This document shows, piece after piece, positions 40,267 through 47,541 of a DNA stretch of 64,000 nt; within the stretch, counting starts at the first letter, position 1, and each line of letters starts with the position of its first letter. The stretch lies in NCBI GenBank assembly GCA_028712445.1, contig JAQTPY010000001.1, positions 50,034 through 114,033 of the forward strand, in the 5' to 3' direction. A model generated the notes under the pieces. That model worked only from the letters and a program-made list of their open reading frames with translations. It searched no databases and was not told the origin of the DNA. The position numbers were made by a program, and so were the translations under genes. The stretch comes from Minisyncoccota bacterium (GTDB lineage: Bacteria > Patescibacteriota > Minisyncoccia > Minisyncoccales > RBG-13-42-11).

Positions 40267-42048
40267 TTATTGCGAACCTTTGGCTCTTTTGATTTTTATT
40301 AATTCTTCAGGGGAAGTAGTGATAAACTGATCTTCGACATAGGAAGCGACAACTTTAATTGCCACATGTTTCTGGCCTGCAAAAAATATTCCTTCTCCCA
40401 CTTCTGCTTCCAATAGGGTGTTTTTTTCTTCTTGGGTTAAATTGAAAGTTTCCTGGAGAATATCTATTGTCGCCGGGCTTTGTTTCATTAAAATTTGCAT
40501 AGAAGAGTTGGTGATTATGGGTTTTCCATAATCAGATTTCATAAAATCTCCCACATCCTGGGTAATAGTCGTCACTCCAAGCCAATATTTTCTTGCCCTT
40601 TTGCAAATGCCATAAAGGAAAGAAGCTCCGTCATCAGATTGAACCATCCACCATGCTTCATCGACAACCAATATCCTCTTTTTTAATTCTGATCTGACTT
40701 TATTCCAGATATATCTCATAATAATGAACATTGCCATCGGGCGCAGCTCATCTTCCATGTCTCTTATTCCGAAAACAACGAAAGGAACGTCTGTGGAAAT
40801 ATTGGTGGGCTGGTTAAAGAAGCTGGCGAAACTGCCTTCGGTGAATTTTTTAACTCTTCGGACCAGAGACTCAGACCCCTCCATTCCGTTTAAAACTTCC
40901 TCAAGGTCAGACATTAAAGGGATTTTTTCTTTCCAAGTTAAAGGATCGCTTTCGGGAGTAATGTCTTTTAAGGCATAGGTTTGACTCAAGGCCTGGTCAA
41001 TAATGGCATCTTCTTCCGGGGTTAATCCCCCAAGCATTATTCTTAATAACCCTACCAAGTTGATAATATTTGAACGCAAAACTTCTTCGGGCCTCTCGTC
41101 TTCTCTTGGAGCGGGCAAGTCAAAAGGATTAATGTGGTTGGGAGAAGAGAGAGACATATTAAAGAAGGAACCGCCAACTCCTTCAGCCAGATGCTTGTAT
41201 TCATTTTCCGGATCAAGAACAATTACGTCTGACCCCATCATTAAAGAGCGGAGGATTTCCAGTTTTATCGCGTAGGATTTTCCGGAACCTGATTTTGCAA
41301 AAACAATGGAGTTTGCGTTTTCCAGACTGAAACGGTCAAACAATATTAAAGAATTATTGTGCAGATTTATTCCGTACAATATTCCGTCATTTGAGCTCAG
41401 GTCAAAGGAAACAAAAGGAAAAGAGCTCGAAAGAGAACCTGTGTCCATGGTGGTGTGAACGTTAACCTGGTCTAGTCCGTAAGGGGCGGTGGAATTAAAC
41501 CCTTCTTCCTGCTGGTAGAGAGCAGGCTTTATATATATTAATCTTGATTCCAATATTGACCTTAAGGTGGTTTCAACGTTCTTTATTTCCTCTAAGGTTT
41601 TTCCGTAAACCGTAAGATAGAGCCCGAATTCAAACATTCTTTCCTGGGCAGTCATTAATTTATCTCTCAACATCTCAAGGTCTTGGTAGGCCACCTCTAG
41701 GGCAGGATCCCTCACCTCCCCTTTTTCTTGTTTATCTATAAGCTCGGCTTCAACTTCAGTCACTCTTTTTCTTAATTTTTTCAATACTGTTCCTGTGTCA
41801 ATCGGGGTGATATGCAAGCTGATATCCATAGGAGTGTCGAGGTTGATTACCGGGGCAAACCAGGCGGTATTAAGATATCTGGGGTATGAAAAAATAAAGA
41901 AAGATTTTGCGAATCTTTTGCCAAACTCCAAATGATCGGGTTTTACAACAATAGAAGACGGGGCAATAATGTCTTTGGAATCAAGGGCATTTGCCTCAAA
42001 TAGTTTTTCAGGCTCAACGCTCTTCTTTTTAAAAAATGGAAAAGGCAT
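40267..42048 (-). CDS. virB4: VirB4/TraC/PrgJ-family T4SS ATPase, C-terminal 593-aa portion (central and ATPase domains).
   Basis: FIFSYPRYLNTAWFAPV segment, Walker A VFAKSGSGKSY, Walker B ILVVDEAWWM, and C-terminal motifs. Confidence 0.8.
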   Translation of the reverse strand: MPFPFFKKKSVEPEKLFEANALDSKDIIAPSSIVVKPDHLEFGKRFAKSFFIFSYPRYLNTAWFAPVINLDTPMDISLHITPIDTGTVLKKLRKRVTEVEAELIDKQEKGEVRDPALEVAYQDLEMLRDKLMTAQERMFEFGLYLTVYGKTLEEIKNVETTLRSILESRLIYIKPALYQQEEGFNSTAPYGLDQVNVHTTMDTGSLSSSFPFVSFDLSSNDGILYGINLHNNSLILFDRFSLENANSIVFAKSGSGKSYAIKLEILRSLMMGSDVIVLDPENEYKHLAEGVGGSFFNMSLSSPNHINPFDLPAPREDERPEEVLRSNIINLVGLLRIMLGGLTPEEDAIIDQALSQTYALKDITPESDPLTWKEKIPLMSDLEEVLNGMEGSESLVRRVKKFTEGSFASFFNQPTNISTDVPFVVFGIRDMEDELRPMAMFIIMRYIWNKVRSELKKRILVVDEAWWMVQSDDGASFLYGICKRARKYWLGVTTITQDVGDFMKSDYGKPIITNSSMQILMKQSPATIDILQETFNLTQEEKNTLLEAEVGEGIFFAGQKHVAIKVVASYVEDQFITTSPEELIKIKRAKGSQ

Positions 42049-42060
42049 AAATTCTTTAAT

Positions 42061-42678
42061 CTATTTTGTTATTTCCGGTGGAATTTCAGGATAATATCCC
42101 ACTTCTGATTCTTCGGGATGAAAAAGACTCCAAAACAACTCAATTAATTCAGGAGTGTTTAGGTGGCTGCACTGCAGGCCGCATCTTCTTAATCCTAAAG
42201 CGACAAATTCCATTCTCTGCCAAAGCTGGGATTTAGCTCTTTGAAAGTCGTCTTCCGTGGGCGTTGCAGTATTTGATTTTGTTCCAGGAATATTAAGAAC
42301 GTAAAATGGAACCAAAACATAGAAGGTTTTAGATAAAATCTGGCCTCCGGCAATAAGTTCTTTGATGAATTTCTGATATTCTTCAGTTTGTATTTTTAAG
42401 AGTTCGTTTTGCTGTTTTTGGGCCAAATCGCCAACTTTGTCTATGTATCCTGTAATGTTTAAAATTCTGGACTGGATAACGATTTCCAAGGGGAAATCCA
42501 GGGAATTTAAAAAGTTCTGGAATTGGAAAATGGTGGCTTCCTGTTCTTCAGCTGATTTTAAAGCAAAGTTTTGCGAGGACACGTTTAAAACTCCACGTAA
42601 AGATTTGTTCTTTAAATAGACAACCCCTTCTCTTATTTGTTCTATTTGTAAAAATTGTTGAGTGGATGATGAGGGCAT
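42061..42678 (-). CDS. virB4: VirB4/PrgJ N-terminal domain as a separate 205-aa ORF. It is in frame with 40267..42048 and separated from it only by a TAG plus 4 codons.
   Basis: GVVYLKNKSLRGVLNVSSQNFALKSAEEQEATIFQFQNFLNSLDFPLEIVIQSR matches the N-terminus of Gram-positive VirB4 proteins. Confidence 0.6.
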   Translation of the reverse strand: MPSSSTQQFLQIEQIREGVVYLKNKSLRGVLNVSSQNFALKSAEEQEATIFQFQNFLNSLDFPLEIVIQSRILNITGYIDKVGDLAQKQQNELLKIQTEEYQKFIKELIAGGQILSKTFYVLVPFYVLNIPGTKSNTATPTEDDFQRAKSQLWQRMEFVALGLRRCGLQCSHLNTPELIELFWSLFHPEESEVGYYPEIPPEITK

Positions 42679-42680
42679 GG

Positions 42681-42998
42681 TCAGGTTTTGGTTTTTAATT
42701 CGTATCTTTTATCTTGCTGTTTTTTCTTTTTCCAGATGTACATTTTAGGAGCGATAAAAAATTTTAAGACACTGCCAAGGGCCACTATAAAAGGACGGCC
42801 GTTGACTTTTATAAAAGACATGGCCAACGCTCCGCCGATAACAAAAACAGCAGCAATATAAAAGACAGGTCTGGGCAAAATGAAGTAAAGCAAAAAACAA
42901 ATTCCTCCTGCTCCGGCAATAAAAAGAAATTGGTTGAAGGTAAAAGGCCCAAATATTTTAGACTCGTATTCAATAAATTGTGGGACTGTAAAGCGCAT
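42681..42998 (-). CDS. PrgI-family (VirB3-like) small membrane protein.
   Basis: RFTVPQFIEYESKIFGPFTFNQFLFIAGAG plus two TM helices. Immediately upstream of virB4, as in Gram-positive T4SS loci. Confidence 0.55.
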   Translation of the reverse strand: MRFTVPQFIEYESKIFGPFTFNQFLFIAGAGGICFLLYFILPRPVFYIAAVFVIGGALAMSFIKVNGRPFIVALGSVLKFFIAPKMYIWKKKKQQDKRYELKTKT

Positions 42999-43015
42999 AA
43001 ATTAGTTTTTATTTT

Positions 43016-43522
43016 TTAGTCAATTTGTTCTCTATAACTATCGCTGGACGCAGATCTCTCTTTGACTATTGGGTTGGCTGTTTTCATCTGCAAACCGATT
43101 TCTTTCGGAACAAAAACTTTCTTTTTAGGAAGATTTTTTTCCTCAGAAACTTCGGGTTTGATTTCTTCTATGATCTTCTCTTCCGCCTTTTTATTTTTTT
43201 GAGAATAAAGAATTTCCAAAGATGCTTTTACCGGGAAGAATACATATCTGTTTATTTCTTCGGCAATTTGTTTTGCCTTTTCTTTTTCAACGTCCAGTTC
43301 TTTTTCAATCCTTTCTTGGAAGTTTTCCGGCGGCAAAATACCCAACAAAACCTCTCCAACCAACAGGGAGATGTCTGAAGGAAGATCAACCTCGTTCTTT
43401 TCGCAGACATTCCCAATGCTTTCAGCGGTGGAAGGCGAAAGCAAAGCTTCTTTGAGCTCTTGGGGGAGTTTTTCGTACAACTCCCAGTTTTTTTTAATAT
43501 TTTCTTGAGATAAGGTTGTCAT
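43016..43522 (-). CDS. Hypothetical cytoplasmic protein of the T4SS-like cluster.
   Basis: 168-aa acidic ORF between the virB6-like and prgI-like genes. Confidence 0.4.
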   Translation of the reverse strand: MTTLSQENIKKNWELYEKLPQELKEALLSPSTAESIGNVCEKNEVDLPSDISLLVGEVLLGILPPENFQERIEKELDVEKEKAKQIAEEINRYVFFPVKASLEILYSQKNKKAEEKIIEEIKPEVSEEKNLPKKKVFVPKEIGLQMKTANPIVKERSASSDSYREQID

Positions 43523-43589
43523 ATTGACATTTTTTAATAAATATGTTAATATTAGAACCAGAAAAATTTAATAAAGGAGGACTAATATC

Positions 43590-43976
43590 GTGGAATGGTG
43601 GGTATGGCTAATAATCGCAGGAGCTCTCGTTCTGGTAATCCTGGCTTTCTCCGGCAACACAACGGTTAAAAAGGTGATCAGGGCCAAGAAGGAGACACCT
43701 CCCCCGGCTCCGGAAGACCCTACGGAGGAAGAAAGAATCAGGTCCCGTATCCGGGAAGAACAAAGGATAGCGGCTTACTATCAGGGGCTTCTTTCTCCCG
43801 AACCGACAGACGTAAAGGGATTGGGGGAAAGGTTAAGGACTCTTCGTCTTCAGGGGAAACTTCTTTCTCAGCAGTATGAAAACAAAGAGCTTGAGAAGAA
43901 GATCCTGGCTGCCACTGAAGCCGCGGAAAAAAGCAATGAGGGATGGGAGCAAAAAATCAACGAGGGGAAACCATAG
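43590..43976 (+). CDS. Single-pass membrane-anchored Pro-rich protein (GTG start).
   Basis: A strong AAAGGAGG SD sits 9 nt before GTG. N-terminal TM WWVWLIIAGALVLVILAF. Convergent with the virB6-like gene. Confidence 0.45.
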   Translation: MEWWVWLIIAGALVLVILAFSGNTTVKKVIRAKKETPPPAPEDPTEEERIRSRIREEQRIAAYYQGLLSPEPTDVKGLGERLRTLRLQGKLLSQQYENKELEKKILAATEAAEKSNEGWEQKINEGKP

Positions 43977-43994
43977 CTAGCACTTTGCTATCTA

Positions 43995-44027
43995 GGGGTA
44001 GAAGGAAACTTCTACCCCCTATTTTTT
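43995..44027. terminator. Bidirectional terminator between the two convergent genes.
   Basis: ggggtagaag-gaaa-cttctacccc followed by ctatttttt. Confidence 0.65.
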
Positions 44028-44052
44028 ATAAGAACAAACCTTATTTTCTTTT

Positions 44053-46743
44053 TTATATTAATTTTTTATATTTTGCCAATTCTGCTTTTAGTTTTGCGTC
44101 TCCGTCGATTGTTTTTATCAGTTGAGTTAATTCGCCAGCTCTTTTTATTTGATTATTTGAGATTTCCGCAGGTATTGCCTGGCCCTTGTCTCGCATGGCC
44201 ACAATCACTTTTCCTAATTTTTTTGCTATTTCAGAACCTTCTACAAATTTTTTGATCTGTGGATTGTCTTCAAGTATTTTGTGAGCGTCAAGCTCTCGTT
44301 TCACGTCGCCCTTCCCTTTTTGCTTGCTCAATGTTTCTTTATATCGCTGCAACTGCCCTCTTGACAAAGGATCACTGTCGATAAAATCTCTGGCTTTAAA
44401 TATTTCTTCGTTTCTTTCTATTATCTGTTTTTGGATATCTTCTTTGGCAGGAACCTGTCCGTCAGCTATCGCTTTAAGTATGGAATTTTCATCACTGTCA
44501 ACGCTTTTTTGGTTTTCGATATATTCATTTAGCGGAGAATTGCTTTCCAAGATCTGTTTGGCGGCGACATTTCTTCCGAAATCTTTTTCATCGACGCCGG
44601 CAATTCCTACTCCAAGAGTTAAAGCAGGAGTGTCTATCAAGAACTTTGCTGCTTTGGCATTTCTCATTTTGTGGATTGTTTTTGTTTCAGGAAGTTTTGT
44701 GTTTGGGTTAATTTCAGTCCAAGATGTTTCTTCTATTTCCGTGAACCAATCAAGACCTTTTTTCTTAGCTTCGTTTATATAATCATCAGCGAATGGGGAA
44801 CCGAATTCTTCAACCATTTTACTGATCTTTTTGCCATCATAATTCTTGAGTATAGATTCTCTTATCGTCATTTCTTCTTTCCCAGTATCAGGATTAGTTG
44901 TTTTTGTTAACCAAGATCCGTCTTTAAAATCTTTAACCTCATCTCCACTTGTCTCAGCCCATATTTTATCAGTAAGCGTTCCGTATTTTGCCTGTTCTTC
45001 GGCGCTTAGTTCAAATCCCATCTTAGCCAAGTCATCATTGTTGAGGGTGTGCATAAAGCCCCTGGCCATCCTTTCGGCATCATCTTTTTTGCCAAGCCTG
45101 TTTGATGAAGCGGCTGAGGAGATGATTTCTTCTTTGCTTAATCTGCCCCTCTCAAACATATCCCAGACTCGTTTTTTGCTTTCTTTTCCTGCTTCAATTC
45201 CGCCGGCAATCAGACCGGTTAATTTTTCTTTATTGCCCAATCTTTTGGCCGCCATGATTTTTCTTTCCAGATTTTCAGGATCCTTAACGTCTTTTGCGTC
45301 TTTTTTGCCCACCTCAACCCCTGCCATGGTTTTTTCGCCAACGGTTGTGCCAGCCACCCTGTAACCAAAGTCAATCATGTTTCCTGCTCCTAGCCGCATT
45401 TTGTTTAACAAACCTACTTTTTGACCGCTGGCCACTTTCGCCCTTAAATCTTCTCTGGTATTTTGAGTGAATTCTCTCAAACCCCTGTCAGTTCTGCTCC
45501 TTAGCGCGCTCAAGCCCTTCTTTTTGGCCCAATTAAGCCCTTTATTTCCCCACTGGAGAACCGCTTCTGTTCCCCCGCCAGAGAATTTCAAAGTCACGAC
45601 GAAGCCGATTATCATAAAAGCAATAAAGGCGATCAAGACAAACGCGCCATTCATTATATAAGTAACGGGAGATATTATGATTTGCATAATTCCTTCTGCC
45701 CCTGTTTCGGTTATTTTAGGATAAGGTATGTCGGCCTTGGTTAAACGTCCCGCCAAGTAAAGGAAGAATCCTCCTATTGCTCCGATAAAAGACCATTGGA
45801 TGAAATAATTCAACCACATTTTGAAGACTTTTTGGGTGGTGGGTAGAATTTGGCAAAACCAGGCGATAGGGGCCAAGATGACCAAAATCCACAAAGCAAC
45901 TATTCTTATTGCAAAAATGGCAACATAAAGCAAAATAACGATTCCAGCCATAATCCCGAAAAGACTCATCATTACGGTGTCTATTATAAGAGTTATTATT
46001 TGTTGGGGATTTAGATATTTAACAAAAATATCCAAAATACTCGTCCATGTCTTAGTCGGTTCTATTTGAGTAATTTCCTCTCCATCTATGATAATGGTCG
46101 ATGTTTCGGGTTGCATTTGGTCAGCTAGGCCAGTAAAGACTGAAACAAAATCACCCAAAGGAGTTTTATTAAAGAACGTCATAAAATTATCTCCCAAATT
46201 TCCGATTAAAAAGTGTCGGGTTACTATATTGGCAATATCAATCACTATCCCGCAGAATACGGGAACAAAGTTTATTAAAAGAATAACGATGAGAAATTTG
46301 GGTAGAAGTTTTTTTAATCCATAGTTTTCTCTTCTTAAAATAGTGGCTATGGCAATTACAACCAAAACCAAAATAAAAATTAAATTTGCCAGCCCTGTAG
46401 TAACTCTTAGTCCTTCATCAACAATACCGCCACGGGTTGCGGAAAGAGAAACGAACGCCTCGCTGGTGACAAAGGTCAAAAGAGAAGTGCAAAGGGAGTA
46501 GAACGCAAATGACGATAAAGTTATAATTGTCGTTCCGACGATGATGATGGTTATCGGCATACCAAAAAACATCAAAAGAGGCAAATATTTTATATAGTCG
46601 CCAACGTCCATAATCCCTTTCCAGATATCGCTAAGACCGGCAGCGTTGGCAAAGTTAATTGTTGCAAAACTAAACAACAAAATTAACCCGAAACAAGAAA
46701 CTAAGGTTTTTTTGTTTGCTGAAAGTTTTTTGATCAGATCCAT
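44053..46743 (-). CDS. VirB6/TrbL-like polytopic membrane protein with a ~500-aa hydrophilic C-terminal extension.
   Basis: Signal peptide, then about 9 TM helices over ~400 aa, then a long Lys/Glu-rich soluble tail. First gene of the block. Confidence 0.55.
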   Translation of the reverse strand: MDLIKKLSANKKTLVSCFGLILLFSFATINFANAAGLSDIWKGIMDVGDYIKYLPLLMFFGMPITIIIVGTTIITLSSFAFYSLCTSLLTFVTSEAFVSLSATRGGIVDEGLRVTTGLANLIFILVLVVIAIATILRRENYGLKKLLPKFLIVILLINFVPVFCGIVIDIANIVTRHFLIGNLGDNFMTFFNKTPLGDFVSVFTGLADQMQPETSTIIIDGEEITQIEPTKTWTSILDIFVKYLNPQQIITLIIDTVMMSLFGIMAGIVILLYVAIFAIRIVALWILVILAPIAWFCQILPTTQKVFKMWLNYFIQWSFIGAIGGFFLYLAGRLTKADIPYPKITETGAEGIMQIIISPVTYIMNGAFVLIAFIAFMIIGFVVTLKFSGGGTEAVLQWGNKGLNWAKKKGLSALRSRTDRGLREFTQNTREDLRAKVASGQKVGLLNKMRLGAGNMIDFGYRVAGTTVGEKTMAGVEVGKKDAKDVKDPENLERKIMAAKRLGNKEKLTGLIAGGIEAGKESKKRVWDMFERGRLSKEEIISSAASSNRLGKKDDAERMARGFMHTLNNDDLAKMGFELSAEEQAKYGTLTDKIWAETSGDEVKDFKDGSWLTKTTNPDTGKEEMTIRESILKNYDGKKISKMVEEFGSPFADDYINEAKKKGLDWFTEIEETSWTEINPNTKLPETKTIHKMRNAKAAKFLIDTPALTLGVGIAGVDEKDFGRNVAAKQILESNSPLNEYIENQKSVDSDENSILKAIADGQVPAKEDIQKQIIERNEEIFKARDFIDSDPLSRGQLQRYKETLSKQKGKGDVKRELDAHKILEDNPQIKKFVEGSEIAKKLGKVIVAMRDKGQAIPAEISNNQIKRAGELTQLIKTIDGDAKLKAELAKYKKLI

Positions 46744-46762
46744 GCAAATAAAATATTAATCC

Positions 46763-46771
46763 ATTATACCA
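46763..46771 (-). promoter_or_regulatory. Extended -10 element (TGgTATAAT) upstream of the virB6-like gene.
   Basis: Reverse complement of attatacca, ~20 nt upstream of the ATG. Confidence 0.35.
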
Positions 46772-46791
46772 AAGCTGTTTCATCGCGCAAC

Positions 46792-46823
46792 AAAAAAAGG
46801 GCTAACAAGATTCTTGTTAGCCC
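46792..46823 (-). terminator. Rho-independent terminator after the 180-aa OB-fold gene.
   Basis: gggctaacaag-att-cttgttagccc with a T-run on the minus strand. Confidence 0.55.
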
Positions 46824-46846
46824 CAAGCCAACTAATGGTGCCGAAG

Positions 46847-47389
46847 TTAGTTGACTATTTTGCATTCGGCAAGCTCCACCCATGTGTCGGAGCTGCCCTT
46901 AAACACTCCCTGCACTATTACTGTGTCTCCCACCTTTACGCCGGTCGGGATAGTATTGAAGACGCATTGTACTTTGCTGAAAGATCCTGCCCAAAGCCAG
47001 ACTACCACGCTGTCTGAAAGCGTGTGGATTTCCTTGACAGTGCCCTTCACTAGCAACTCCTTATCTTTATATGCCGATGGATTGTTGTGACCTTCTTTGA
47101 AAATCTGATCAGCATACATTAGAGGGGGAGCAGAAGAAGGAGATGAAGGAGTGTCAGTAATTGTGGGTTTAGACAAAGTTGGTGGGCTGGTCGGCGGAGC
47201 TTTCGGAGTTGCTATGGGCGTGTTTGTTGAGGTTATAGCAACCGTAGGCGCAGAAGCACTAGCTTCGGGATTCATTGCGATTGCTTCTGACGTTGGCGTT
47301 GTCGCTGCGGTGTTGAAGGCAAAGAAGCCCCCAGCTGCAGCCAATAATATTGCGGAGAAGATTATTATAAAAACAAATCTTTTTTTCAC
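46847..47389 (-). CDS. Secreted or anchored protein: signal/TM, a Pro/Thr/Ser-rich linker, and a C-terminal OB-fold-like domain.
   Basis: N-terminal hydrophobic helix, ~70 aa of PTS-rich low complexity, then KELLVKGTVKEI...VVVWLW...VKVGDTVIVQGVF. Confidence 0.45.
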   Translation of the reverse strand: MKKRFVFIIIFSAILLAAAGGFFAFNTAATTPTSEAIAMNPEASASAPTVAITSTNTPIATPKAPPTSPPTLSKPTITDTPSSPSSAPPLMYADQIFKEGHNNPSAYKDKELLVKGTVKEIHTLSDSVVVWLWAGSFSKVQCVFNTIPTGVKVGDTVIVQGVFKGSSDTWVELAECKIVN

Positions 47390-47541
47390 TGGACACCTCC
47401 TTTTTCAGATGAAATTCGATGCTGTTTATACCCTACCAGAAATTTTGCGTTTTGTCAATAGTCAATAAGGATGTTCAGTTTTTAAACCAAATTTAACTTT
47501 CTACTTTGATTATTGCACAGTTTTCCTTCCTTTGGCAAAAA

